Part shown: one piece after another, positions 20,212 to 30,412 of the stretch
Layout: each line of letters starts with the position of its first letter
Position numbering within the stretch: the first letter of the stretch is position 1
Assembly: GCA_964518165.1 (NCBI GenBank)
Contig: CAZFFN010000040.1
Span: 14,329 to 78,328, forward strand
From: an uncultured Thermoplasmatales archaeon
GTDB lineage: Archaea; Thermoplasmatota; E2; DHVEG-1
Length of the DNA: 64,000 nt
Direction of reading: 5' to 3'
The notes under the pieces: model-generated
Databases searched by the model: none
What the model was told of the DNA's origin: nothing
The model's input: only the letters and a program-made list of their open reading frames with translations
Program-made: the position numbers and the translations under genes

Positions 20212-21312
20212 ATGAATTACAAAAAAATAATCCCAATTATATTTATTCTTTTATGTTTGATATTAAGTGGATGCCTTGAATTTTTTGAAAATAATGATAC
20301 TACAGGATACCCAGAGCAAGCAACTAAGATTACTTATCAGATTTCATATGGTTATGAAATTAACTGCACTGGAGATGGAGCATATAAGATAAAATATGAT
20401 TGTGATAAACCAGAGCTAATTAATGGAGAAGTTTTATCACTTAAAGTATTAGGAAATAACTACTCAAATAAAACAGGTGTTGCAACCTTTAATAACATGG
20501 CAAGCTGGAATATAAGTGAAAACAAAAATTGTTCATATTACAAGCTTGGAATATCTGCATCTGTTACTTCAGAATCACTTATTGTAAATGACTTGAATGG
20601 TAAAAATGCATTAGATCTATCTGAAATAAAAAACAATTATTCTGAATTAGTTGAAACTTATTGTAGACCTCAAGGAAATAACGATACCATCTTTATTGAT
20701 CCAAATAATCAAATCATTAAGGCTAAATCACTTGAAATATATAACAATTCTAATACAGATAATTCCTTTATTATTGCTAAAAATCTTTTCATCTGGCTTA
20801 AAGAAAATACAAATTATCTTCCACACGAAACAAATACAGCAGCTCAACCAGCAAGTATTACAATGGATAAAAAAACAGGCGACTGTGATGATCTGACTTT
20901 TCTTTATCTATCAATGTGTAAATCACTTGACATTCCATCTAGGTTTATAAGAGGTTTTCTAGTATATGAAAATCAGGCAGTACCTCATGCCTGGGCTGAA
21001 GTATATGTTGGTGGAAATATTGGTAAAGATGGATGGATTCCAGTGGAATGTGCAGGTGATACATCAAATAACAAAAAAAGTGATGTACAAGTCCACCAAC
21101 ATTTTGGATTGGAATCAGCGGATCACTTAAGACTTTTTACTGATGATGGAACAAACACCTCCCTTGAAACATCTTTAGCTGGAATTTCTCTTATGTCAGA
21201 TCAAAATATTGAGTTTGACAGCACAGATTTTTTTACAGATATTAATAAGTATAAAACTCTTGAAGAAAATAAGCTTGTAATTGACAAAAGTAATTATCGA
21301 TCTTTTGAATAA
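20212..21312 (+). CDS. Transglutaminase-like domain lipoprotein
   Basis: Lipobox-like LSGC; GDCDD, HAWAEVY and GWIPVE motifs. Confidence 0.88.
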   Translation: MNYKKIIPIIFILLCLILSGCLEFFENNDTTGYPEQATKITYQISYGYEINCTGDGAYKIKYDCDKPELINGEVLSLKVLGNNYSNKTGVATFNNMASWNISENKNCSYYKLGISASVTSESLIVNDLNGKNALDLSEIKNNYSELVETYCRPQGNNDTIFIDPNNQIIKAKSLEIYNNSNTDNSFIIAKNLFIWLKENTNYLPHETNTAAQPASITMDKKTGDCDDLTFLYLSMCKSLDIPSRFIRGFLVYENQAVPHAWAEVYVGGNIGKDGWIPVECAGDTSNNKKSDVQVHQHFGLESADHLRLFTDDGTNTSLETSLAGISLMSDQNIEFDSTDFFTDINKYKTLEENKLVIDKSNYRSFE

Positions 21313-21515
21313 AGGTATTTTTTAAAATAGCAGATCCTCACTATGGGAAATCAGATAAAAAAACTCTGTCAAATACATAAAAGATTTTGAGTTTAAAAAT
21401 AAAAATTTAGATACGAGCATCTAGAAAAAAATTAACGATTAAAAATGAGCTTAATAAAAGAATCAAAAAATAATTAAATAAATATATTATACAACCTTAC
21501 GAGGTTGAAAAAGGG

Positions 21516-21890
21516 ATGGTAAAAAAAATAATGATAGTAGATGATGATCCTGGTGTGATTTATACTGTAAAACATGGTATCGAAAACATGGATTCAGATT
21601 ATAAGATTACAACAGTAAACTCTGGGAAAAAATGTTTAGAACTCCTTAAAAATAAAGAACTACCTGATTTACTCTTACTTGACATCATGATGCCAGGGAT
21701 GAGCGGATGGGAAACTTATCAACAAATAAGAGAGAAAATCCCTAGTAATAAACTTCCAATTGTGTTTCTAACAGCCCGAACCGATAGAATCGCAAAGAAC
21801 GCTGGTGACTTTTTAGGTGATGATTATATTGAAAAACCGTTTAAAGTTCCAGAGTTGAAACACAGGATTGATAAAATTCTAAATAAATAA
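21516..21890 (+). CDS. Stand-alone response regulator receiver domain
   Basis: IVDDD, DLLLLDIMMPGMSG, FLTA, YIEKPF. Confidence 0.95.
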   Translation: MVKKIMIVDDDPGVIYTVKHGIENMDSDYKITTVNSGKKCLELLKNKELPDLLLLDIMMPGMSGWETYQQIREKIPSNKLPIVFLTARTDRIAKNAGDFLGDDYIEKPFKVPELKHRIDKILNK

Positions 21891-22194
21891 AAAAAAGTTT
21901 TTCTTTTTCTCCATCAATTTAGACGAAACTAGCTTTTGATCGAAACAGAAATAAAAAATGTCATAAATTCTAGAATCTTTCTTTTTCATAAAAGATTGCA
22001 TTAATAGCATTTATCAAAATCTTGATAGTAAATGAGATCTTAAGCTATATGACATTGTGAAAAAGTAATGCTGTACAAAAATTTCAAAAGTAAAAGGCAA
22101 ATAATCAAAAATTTACAACTAACTATTGAACATAAGGATTTAAATATTAAAAGTACATACTGCCTTACTCCTATATCATAACAGGTGAATAAAA

Positions 22195-22626
22195 TTGGGC
22201 AAAGGAATTAATGCAGCTAGAAAACTAAAAAATGCAAGAAAAAAACAACTATGGAACGATAGACACTACAAAAAACGTGTACTACATTTAAAAGAAAAAG
22301 CAGATCCATTAGAAGGTACAGCGCAAGCTAGAGGCATAGTTATTGAAAAAGTAGGAATTGAAGCAAAGCAGCCTAATTCAGCTATTAGAAAATGTGTAAA
22401 AGTTCAGTTAATAAAAAATGGAAGACAGATAACAGCTTTTGCCCCAGGTAATAACGCTATTAGTTTTATCGATGAGCATGACGAAGTCATGGTCGAAGGA
22501 ATAGGCGGACGTATGGGTAGATCATATGGAGATATTCCAGGTGTTCGTTTTAAAGTAATTAAAGTAAATGATATATCATTAGAACAAATGATCAAAGGTA
22601 AAGTAGAAAAAGCAATGAGAAGATAA
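22195..22626 (+). CDS. rps12: 30S ribosomal protein S12 (uS12)
   Basis: [12 protein letters not shown] and [13 protein letters not shown] start after GGTGA. Confidence 0.98.
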   Translation: MGKGINAARKLKNARKKQLWNDRHYKKRVLHLKEKADPLEGTAQARGIVIEKVGIEAKQPNSAIRKCVKVQLIKNGRQITAFAPGNNAISFIDEHDEVMVEGIGGRMGRSYGDIPGVRFKVIKVNDISLEQMIKGKVEKAMRR

Positions 22627-22627
22627 T

Positions 22628-23218
22628 ATGGCAGAAAAAAAAATCTCTAATGCAAATAATTTTTTTCCTGTGCTGGAAAAATACGAAGGAAGCGAACTAA
22701 AAGTAGAAGACAGAGGTCTAGAAAAATACATGAATCTAGATACAGAAAACATATACCTTGGCGGAAAATTTGCAAATAAAATGTTTGCAAAATCAAAAGT
22801 CCCAATCGTTGAGCGTTTAATCAACAACATCATGAGAACACAAAAATACAATGGTAAAAAAATCAAATCCTACAAAGTTGTAAGGGATGCATTTGAAATA
22901 ATTGATAAAAAAACAAAGACTAATCCTATGCAGGTTTTAATTAACGCATTACAGAATGCTGCTCCAAAAGAAGAAACAACAAGACTTCGTTTTGGCGGAA
23001 TTTCAGTTCCTAAAGCAGTAGATGTAGCACCACAAAGACGCCTTGATATTGCAATTAGAAATATTGCAACAGGCGCTGTTAATGCTACAAAGAAAAACAA
23101 GAAACGTATGGAACAATGCCTTGCTGATGAATTAATCAAAGCAAGTAAAAATGATGTAGAATCTTACTCTGTTGGTAAGAAAAACGACATTGAACGTGTC
23201 GCTAAATCAGCACGTTAA
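22628..23218 (+). CDS. rps7: 30S ribosomal protein S7 (uS7)
   Basis: IVERLIN, NAAPKEETTR, AVDVAPQRRLD, ERVAKSAR. Confidence 0.97.
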   Translation: MAEKKISNANNFFPVLEKYEGSELKVEDRGLEKYMNLDTENIYLGGKFANKMFAKSKVPIVERLINNIMRTQKYNGKKIKSYKVVRDAFEIIDKKTKTNPMQVLINALQNAAPKEETTRLRFGGISVPKAVDVAPQRRLDIAIRNIATGAVNATKKNKKRMEQCLADELIKASKNDVESYSVGKKNDIERVAKSAR

Positions 23219-23276
23219 ATTCTTAAAAAAATTTATAAAAAAATTATATGTAAAACAATTTCAAAGGAGTGTATAA

Positions 23277-26200
23277 ATGGGCCGAAAAGAAGACAATATT
23301 GCAAAGGCAAAAAATTTAATGAACAAGTTAACTAGAATTAGAAATATTGGAGTTGCCGCTCATATAGATCATGGTAAATGTGTCTCAGGCGAATCACTTA
23401 TATCTTTATCAAATGGTGAAAACATAAAGGCAGAAGATTTATTTGAAAGATACAAAAACCAAGGGCAGATTATTAAGGATAAAAAAGATGAAAAAGTAAT
23501 AAAAGTAAAAGATATTCCAGTTACTAGTTTTTGCAAAAAAAACAAAAAAATTACAAACGGCAAAATCACCCACATATGGAAACTTAGAAAAACAGATCCA
23601 TTAGTAAAAATAGAAGTTGAAAATGGAAGATACATTAAAACTACTCCAGAGCATAAATTTCTAGTATTAAATCTAAAAAATGGAGAGATAATAGAAAAAA
23701 GAGCCGAAGAGATAAAAAATAAAGATACAATAATCTCTGCAAGAAAACTTAACCATAAAGGTTTTACAGCAGATCAATTAAAAGAAGAAATAATCAAAAA
23801 ATTAGCTGAAGATGAAAACTTTTACACTCTTCTATCAAAAGAATTAAAAGAAAAGCTTCATCAAAAAATCCGAAGTATAGGAATAAAAGAGATTTATAAT
23901 GATCTTAACACCTCTGTTAAAGAAAAATCTTTTTACCATATGGTTTGGAGAGGAGAATATCGGATAAATATCCTAAATTATTTATGTATGAAATTTAGCC
24001 TTGATTTTTCAGAGGTCTATAATAATTTAGAATGGGTAAACTACAGAGGAATAAAATCTAAGGGAAGTAAATCCTCCTTAAAACTAAAACCCCCAAAAGA
24101 TTTCAATGAATTTTACTATTTAACAGGTCTTTTCTTTGGAGATGGAGACATATATGGAAATATCACCAACAATCACTCTTATATCCAAAATAAAATAAAA
24201 AAAATTGGAAAAAAACTTGGACTTAAATGTACAGTTAGATCCTTTGATACAAGGGCAACAAGAATTGAAATTGGAGGGATTACACTTAAAAAGTTTTTAC
24301 AAAAAGTATTTGATTATCCTATAAAGCAAAAATCAAGTAATATAAGAATCAATAGTTTCTTGGAAAGATCACCAAAAGAATATATTGCATCATTTATTAG
24401 AGGATACCTAGATGCAGATGGATGCGTTGAAAAAAATAGATCCGCTGTTTCTGCATGTTCAGTTAGTACTCATTTTATGAGTAAACTACAGTTATTATTG
24501 TACAAATTTGATATAGGATCTATTTACAACAGGAAAAAAAATACTTTATATATCTCAGGCAAAAGTTCTCTTGAATATTTTAAGGAAATTGGTTTTGGGA
24601 TACCTGAAAAACAAAAAAAGTATTTGGAATTAATGAAAAAAAGTTCTATTTCTAAAATAGACTATATCCCATTAGAGGGAAAAATACTAAAAAATATTAG
24701 AGAGAAGTCAAAACTTTCTGCAAATGAGATTTTTAAATCTTATAGAAACTATGAAGAAGGAATAATTGGTCTTTCGAAAAAATCCTTAGGGAAAATACTT
24801 GATAGATTCTCTGAATTAAATGTGGAAAAACATCATTTATTAAACCTTCAAGCACTTGTACACAATGATTCATCATTTTTTAAAGTATCATCAGTTAAAA
24901 CTTCTAACAGAGAGGAATTTGTATATGATTTTACAGTTCAAAAATATCATAACTTTGTGGCAAATGGCCTAATTATTCATAACACCACTTTTTCAGATAA
25001 CCTTCTAGCTGGCTGTGGGATGATGAGTGAGGATCTAGCCGGTAAGCAGCTAGTTCTTGACTATGAAGGTCAAGAACAAGATAGAGGTATAACAATAAAC
25101 ACAGCATCTGCATCAATGGTTCATGAATTTGAAAATAATGAGTATTTGATTAATTTACTTGATACACCGGGTCACGTTGATTTTGGTGGGGACGTTACCC
25201 GTGCTATGCGTGCTGTTGATGGTTGTGTTGTTGTAGTATGCGCTGTTGAAGGCGCTATGCCTCAGACTGAAACAGTTATAAGACAAGCTATGCGTGAAAA
25301 GGTTAAACCAGTTCTTTTTATAAATAAGGTTGACAGGTTGATCAATGAACTAAAGGTTACACCTGAAGAAATGCAGCAAAAATTTGCAAAGATAATTACA
25401 AAATATAATCAACTTTTAAATAAGGTCCTTCCTGAAGAATTCAAAGGCGAATGGAACGCTAAACCAGAAGAGGGAACTGTAGCATTTGGTTCAGCTTATT
25501 ATAACTGGGCAATATCAGTTCCATACATGAAAGAAACTGGAATTTCTTTCAAAGAAATTTATGAACACTGCCAGGAAAACAAACAAAAGGAACTAGCAAA
25601 AAAAGCTCCTATTCACCAAGTAGTTCTAGATATGGTTATTGATCACTTGCCAAGTCCAGATGTAGCACAGAAATACAGAATCCCTCATATTTGGAGAGGT
25701 GACAACCAAACTGAACTTGGTAAAAGCATGATCGAGTGTAAAGAAAAGGGTCCTTTAGCATTAATGGTTACAAAAATTATTCTTGATCCACACGCCGGCG
25801 AGTTAGCAATAGGCAGAATGTACTCCGGTAAAATTGAGCGCGGTCAAGAAGTATATGTCGTTGGCATGCCTAATAAAAACCGTGTTCAACAAGTAAATGT
25901 CATGGTTGCAATTGATAAGATACCTGTTGATTTTGTTTCAGCAGGAAACATTGTTGCTGTAACAGGTATTAAAGATGCAATAGCCGGAAGCACTGTTACT
26001 GATGACCCTGACGCTGAACCCTTCGAAAGAATCGTTCATGTATCTGAACCTGTTGTAACAGTTGCAGTTGAAGCAAAAAACACAAAAGACTTACCAAAAC
26101 TTATTGAAGTTTTAAGAAGTGTTTCTAAAGCTGATCCTTCTATTCAAGTAAACATAAACCAGGAAACAGGGGAAAACCTGATGAGTGGTATGGGTGAACT

Positions 26201-27080
26201 TCACTTGGAAATTACTGAATATAGAATTAAAAATGACTATGGTCTTGATATTATTACATCTGAGCCAATTGTTGTATATCGTGAGTCAATTGGTAAAGAA
26301 AGCGGACAAAAATTCGAAGGTAAATCACCAAATAAACACAATCGTTTCTATATAGAAGTCGAACCCCTTCCAGAAAAAATAATAACCGCTATCAAAAATA
26401 ATGACATACCTGAAAATGTTAAAAAACATAAAAACGAAGTTGCAAAACAACTTCAGGAACTAGGGTTTAGTAAAGAAGAAGCAAAAGGTGTTTTTGCAGT
26501 ACAAGGCCAAAACATGATTGCTGATGTAACAAAAGGTATACAGTACTTGCATGAAACTAGAGAACTAATTAAAGAAGCATTCGAAGAAGTCATGAAAAGT
26601 GGTCCAATTGCTGATGAACCATGTCAAGGTATTTTTGTTAAATTAGTTGATGCAAAACTTCACGAAGATGCAATTCACAGAGGCCCTGCACAAGTAATTC
26701 CAGCTGCCCGAAACGCTATATATGGCGCAATTATGATTTCTGAACCAATTCTACTTGAACCAATGCAGAAAGTATTCATTAGTACCCCACAGGAACTAAT
26801 GGGCGATGCAAGTAGAGAGCTTAACCAGAGAAGAGCTGAAGTAAAGGATATGGTTACAGAAAAAGATAGTATAAACATTGATTCAAAAGCACCAGTTTCT
26901 GAGATGTTTGGTTTTGCATCATCAATTCGCAGTGCTACTGGCGGAAGAGTTCTTTGGAACACTGAAAACTTAGGGTTTGAGCCAATGCCTAAAAACCTAC
27001 AAAAAGATGTTATCGCCCAAATAAGAGAAAGAAAAGGCTTAAAACCTGAACCAAACCCACCAAGTTACTATTTGGAATAA
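23277..27080 (+). CDS. fusA: Elongation factor 2, intein-containing
   Basis: AHIDHGK|TT, RGITI, DTPGHVDF, NKVD, and diphthamide loop HEDAIHRG. Confidence 0.97.
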   Translation: MGRKEDNIAKAKNLMNKLTRIRNIGVAAHIDHGKCVSGESLISLSNGENIKAEDLFERYKNQGQIIKDKKDEKVIKVKDIPVTSFCKKNKKITNGKITHIWKLRKTDPLVKIEVENGRYIKTTPEHKFLVLNLKNGEIIEKRAEEIKNKDTIISARKLNHKGFTADQLKEEIIKKLAEDENFYTLLSKELKEKLHQKIRSIGIKEIYNDLNTSVKEKSFYHMVWRGEYRINILNYLCMKFSLDFSEVYNNLEWVNYRGIKSKGSKSSLKLKPPKDFNEFYYLTGLFFGDGDIYGNITNNHSYIQNKIKKIGKKLGLKCTVRSFDTRATRIEIGGITLKKFLQKVFDYPIKQKSSNIRINSFLERSPKEYIASFIRGYLDADGCVEKNRSAVSACSVSTHFMSKLQLLLYKFDIGSIYNRKKNTLYISGKSSLEYFKEIGFGIPEKQKKYLELMKKSSISKIDYIPLEGKILKNIREKSKLSANEIFKSYRNYEEGIIGLSKKSLGKILDRFSELNVEKHHLLNLQALVHNDSSFFKVSSVKTSNREEFVYDFTVQKYHNFVANGLIIHNTTFSDNLLAGCGMMSEDLAGKQLVLDYEGQEQDRGITINTASASMVHEFENNEYLINLLDTPGHVDFGGDVTRAMRAVDGCVVVVCAVEGAMPQTETVIRQAMREKVKPVLFINKVDRLINELKVTPEEMQQKFAKIITKYNQLLNKVLPEEFKGEWNAKPEEGTVAFGSAYYNWAISVPYMKETGISFKEIYEHCQENKQKELAKKAPIHQVVLDMVIDHLPSPDVAQKYRIPHIWRGDNQTELGKSMIECKEKGPLALMVTKIILDPHAGELAIGRMYSGKIERGQEVYVVGMPNKNRVQQVNVMVAIDKIPVDFVSAGNIVAVTGIKDAIAGSTVTDDPDAEPFERIVHVSEPVVTVAVEAKNTKDLPKLIEVLRSVSKADPSIQVNINQETGENLMSGMGELHLEITEYRIKNDYGLDIITSEPIVVYRESIGKESGQKFEGKSPNKHNRFYIEVEPLPEKIITAIKNNDIPENVKKHKNEVAKQLQELGFSKEEAKGVFAVQGQNMIADVTKGIQYLHETRELIKEAFEEVMKSGPIADEPCQGIFVKLVDAKLHEDAIHRGPAQVIPAARNAIYGAIMISEPILLEPMQKVFISTPQELMGDASRELNQRRAEVKDMVTEKDSINIDSKAPVSEMFGFASSIRSATGGRVLWNTENLGFEPMPKNLQKDVIAQIRERKGLKPEPNPPSYYLE
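23379..24983 (+). mobile_element. Intein (535 aa) with LAGLIDADG homing endonuclease in the EF-2 P-loop
   Basis: Starts CVSGES, has block B TTPEHKF, LTGLFFGDG and IRGYLDADG, and ends VYDFTV..HNFVANGLIIHN before Thr. Confidence 0.95.
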
Positions 27081-27114
27081 AAAAAACTATTCCAAAAATC
27101 TTTTTTTTATTTTA
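27071..27114 (+). terminator. Hairpin plus T-tract after fusA
   Basis: TTTGGAATA-N8-TATTCCAAA followed by T runs. Confidence 0.55.
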
Positions 27115-27174
27115 TTCCAAAAATTAAAAAATATTATATCCGAGATTATTTATTACAAAAAATGAGGGTGCACA

Positions 27175-27525
27175 ATGGATAAAGGAACAATTCCAATAAA
27201 TAAAAACTATCTTCTAGAATACAGATACTATGATAGAGACTCAAATTTTAAATATTTCAACAGAAAATTTGAGATTTTTGTCCTAGAAAAAAAGACTCTT
27301 AAGAAAAACTATGTAATGCATATGGATAATGCAGATACTAGACAGATGATGCCGAGAATATACAAACCAGATAGGCAGAACAAGAGAAACAATTTTGGTG
27401 TGACAACTCTTAACTGGAACGATATAAGAACAAAGTTTACAGATCATATAATTGATGAAATAGGAAAAAAATCAGAAAATAATATTAAAAAAGCAGTAGG
27501 TAAACTAAATTCACCTAAACTATAA
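27175..27525 (+). CDS. Hypothetical protein
   Basis: 116-aa ORF with GAGGGTG upstream; no recognised motif. Confidence 0.65.
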   Translation: MDKGTIPINKNYLLEYRYYDRDSNFKYFNRKFEIFVLEKKTLKKNYVMHMDNADTRQMMPRIYKPDRQNKRNNFGVTTLNWNDIRTKFTDHIIDEIGKKSENNIKKAVGKLNSPKL

Positions 27526-27529
27526 TTTC

Positions 27530-29638
27530 TTAATACTCAGTAATCTTATATTTTCCATGAACTGGTTCATAAATTTGACCATTACGTTTGAGTCTATCAA
27601 GAGCTTCTTCCACTTTACCAGATTCAAGACCAACAATTTCACCTTCACGAACTATATCAGTTCTAGCCGCATTACCATCTTTTGATTCAGAACTTAAACG
27701 CGAAACGATATCCATGATATTACGCATACGATCATGCTGAGAATGACTTATACCAGTAGCTATTATATCAATATCAATTTTACCTGTTTCTTTATCCATA
27801 CCAACCCTTCGTAAGTATTGTTCAATTACATAAATTGATCTTTTAGCATCTTCAACACCAACTACTTCGCTAAGTCTAATCTTTGCACTAGCTTCAGCAA
27901 GTCTAACAAATGCTTCAAGCTGACGAGGAGTAAAAGTTACAGCATCCTCAGATGAGTTTCTAAAATTAACATAATAACCTTTTATTAGTTCCAGTGCTTC
28001 ATCAGTCATAACTGGAAAAATATTTCTTTTAGCATATGCTACATATTTACGTAAAAAATCAGGTATAAAAACGGGTTCAATAATTTTAATTAGTTCTTCT
28101 TTTTCTTTATTTGAAAATTTAGTATTTTTAGATCTCTTAATATTCTCAGTTACCTGACCTGCTTTATGAGTATTAAGGATATGAGAAGCAAGATCAGTAT
28201 CCCTACCACGGTTAGGCCTGTCAAGAATTGAAAAAATTAAATCAAAACGAGAAATAAGAGCAGGCGGCATGTTAATCTGTTCATGCATAGGAATAAATTC
28301 ATCAAATCTTCCAAGCTTTGGATTTGCAGCAGCAAGAATTGCACAACGAGATTTAAGTGTAGCATTTATTCCAGCTTTAGCTACAGAAATCTCCTGCTGC
28401 TCCATAGCTTGATGAAGACTACTTCTATCCTGATCACTCATCTTATCAATTTCATCAATACAAGCTATCCCCATATCAGCTAAAACAAGAGCTCCTGCTT
28501 CAAGAGTCCACTGACCTTCCCCAAATTCATCACGTACTGCTGCAGCAGTAAGACCAGCAGCAGACGATGCTTTTCCAGAAGCATAAACACTACGAGGGGA
28601 AAGTTTTGACATATATGTAAGCAGCTGAGACTTAGCAGTACCAGGATCCCCTACAAAAAGAGCATGGATATCTCCTCTGATACGTGTTCCATCAGGCATC
28701 TCCTTTGGTGTTCCACCAAAAAGCTGCAAGATTAATGCATCTTTTTCAATATCCATCCCATAAATTGTAGGTGCAATACTAGCACGTATCTTATCATATA
28801 TTTTAGGATCCTTACTAACTTTAATAATTTCTTCTTCATCTTCATTATTGATCTCTACTTCTTCAAAAGCATAATCCTGAGTCTCCATACTAATCGCATC
28901 CATGGTTTTTGCAAAAGCAGTAAGCTTATATGTTCCACGTCTACGAAGCATAGAATGAAGAATTCCATTAGCAATAACCCTATCACCAGGCGCAATCTCA
29001 CCTACTAAGTCATCTTCTAAATAAACACTAATACGTTCTGGTTGAGCACCACCGCGAAGGCCTTCTGGGTTTTCCTGAATCTCAATTTTCTGCGAATCAA
29101 TAAATTTTGAAAGATTAGCAAGAAGTTTAAAAGATGAAACCCGCCCACAGCCGCCTTGTTCTTCAAAACACTCGGATGGTTCTTTTAAAATATCTTCATC
29201 CTGCTCAATTCTAACAATAGCACCGCATTTCTGACATTGAAATGCTGCAACCTGAAGCTTGGGTCTTACTTCAGTTCTTTTTTTAACTAGACCCTCGACA
29301 CTCATCATTCGGCCCAAATGATTAGCACGAATATTTCTAATAATAATTTTATTTGTATCAGGTATATTATTAACTCTAAAATTAAGTCTAAGTTTATTTT
29401 CTGAAGCTACATCAATATTTTTAAGTGCTTCTTCAGCGTTAAAAAATGCTTTATAAGGCTGGTTTAAAAGTAGTTCAGCTAGTTCAGGATCTGCTTTGTC
29501 AATTGTCCAATAATCAACAAAAAGACTGCGTTTTTCAGGATAATCAAGAGCTACTGTTTCAATATCGGGTTTACAGTAATCTTCAAAGAATTTCTGAAAC
29601 TTTGCAACTAAATTTTTATCCTTAAGCAGTTTAACCAT
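27530..29638 (-). CDS. mcm: MCM replicative helicase
   Basis: Zn finger CQKC...C..C, GDPGTAKSQ, IDEIDKM, AAANP, SRFD and C-terminal wHTH. No intein. Confidence 0.97.
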   Translation of the reverse strand: MVKLLKDKNLVAKFQKFFEDYCKPDIETVALDYPEKRSLFVDYWTIDKADPELAELLLNQPYKAFFNAEEALKNIDVASENKLRLNFRVNNIPDTNKIIIRNIRANHLGRMMSVEGLVKKRTEVRPKLQVAAFQCQKCGAIVRIEQDEDILKEPSECFEEQGGCGRVSSFKLLANLSKFIDSQKIEIQENPEGLRGGAQPERISVYLEDDLVGEIAPGDRVIANGILHSMLRRRGTYKLTAFAKTMDAISMETQDYAFEEVEINNEDEEEIIKVSKDPKIYDKIRASIAPTIYGMDIEKDALILQLFGGTPKEMPDGTRIRGDIHALFVGDPGTAKSQLLTYMSKLSPRSVYASGKASSAAGLTAAAVRDEFGEGQWTLEAGALVLADMGIACIDEIDKMSDQDRSSLHQAMEQQEISVAKAGINATLKSRCAILAAANPKLGRFDEFIPMHEQINMPPALISRFDLIFSILDRPNRGRDTDLASHILNTHKAGQVTENIKRSKNTKFSNKEKEELIKIIEPVFIPDFLRKYVAYAKRNIFPVMTDEALELIKGYYVNFRNSSEDAVTFTPRQLEAFVRLAEASAKIRLSEVVGVEDAKRSIYVIEQYLRRVGMDKETGKIDIDIIATGISHSQHDRMRNIMDIVSRLSSESKDGNAARTDIVREGEIVGLESGKVEEALDRLKRNGQIYEPVHGKYKITEY

Positions 29639-29725
29639 AACAGACTCCCCAAATAATTTGTAAAAAAATGATAACAAACTTCTACTTATAAAGATTTTCA
29701 GGAGGTAATTTAAAGTTTTTTAGCG

Positions 29726-30043
29726 GGTATAAAAGACCCTCAAGTGGGTGCATGCCTCATCAATTGACTGCCCATCTGTATCCATCAACCTCGTTAACCC
29801 TTCGAGCATCGGCAGTCTATGGTAAGGCTGCTCACTTCCGTGCCTAACCCGATTTCCATAGCCAAGCAGGCTACATAACCCTCCAGTTATATAGGTCCTG
29901 CACCTCCGATCCCAAAGGACAAGGTATCATCGTCAACAAACGGATCAAAAGACGGACATAACACCGCCTATCGGTTTCGACCTCTGCATAAAGACGATTT
30001 CAGATTAACAGGGAACGTCTACCTCCCCGGTCTATTCTATACC
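29726..30043 (-). ncRNA. ffs: Archaeal signal recognition particle (7S) RNA
   Basis: Complementary ends (GGTATAGAATAGACC/GGTCTTTTATACC), Alu-like 5' domain, helix 6 with a GGAG loop, helix 8 TTAGGCAC-GGAA-GTGAGCAGC, about 318 nt. Confidence 0.92.
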
Positions 30044-30061
30044 TTTCGCCAAACGTATGTT

Positions 30062-30346
30062 TTATAGAGACCTACGAATGATAGTAGATATATTTCTAAT
30101 TAACTGTACAAAAATGATTGCTAGAGCAACGCCAAGTATTGCTACATCACGAGCAAAAGCAAACATCCAAGAGGAAAAACTTATACCTTGTGAAGAACCA
30201 GTAATATCTGCAATACCTGCATTATACGAATCATACACAACAAAATATAAGAAAATCGCCACTACAAAAACTAATACAACATTCAAATAAAAAGACCATT
30301 TATACCAAGTCTTTTTACTAGTCTTACGAAACATATCTTCAACCAT
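30062..30346 (-). CDS. Small two-TM membrane protein
   Basis: Two hydrophobic segments; GAGGGG upstream. Confidence 0.65.
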   Translation of the reverse strand: MVEDMFRKTSKKTWYKWSFYLNVVLVFVVAIFLYFVVYDSYNAGIADITGSSQGISFSSWMFAFARDVAILGVALAIIFVQLIRNISTIIRRSL

Positions 30347-30412
30347 ATTTATATTCCCCTCAAATATTCCAAATCAATTATAATATAAAATTAAGATATA
30401 TGAAGGTTATGA

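Noticed and set aside
18302..21312. HerA plus neighbouring genes as an anti-phage defence system
   Set aside because: No nuclease, Sir2 or DUF4297-type partner; the flanks are dph5 and a secreted lipoprotein.
21516..21890. Orphan receiver domain as part of a local signalling system
   Set aside because: No kinase is nearby, and stand-alone receivers are common in archaea.
29726..30043. GC-rich non-coding stretch considered as RNase P RNA or a novel ncRNA
   Set aside because: The helix 6, helix 8 and Alu features identify it as ordinary SRP RNA.
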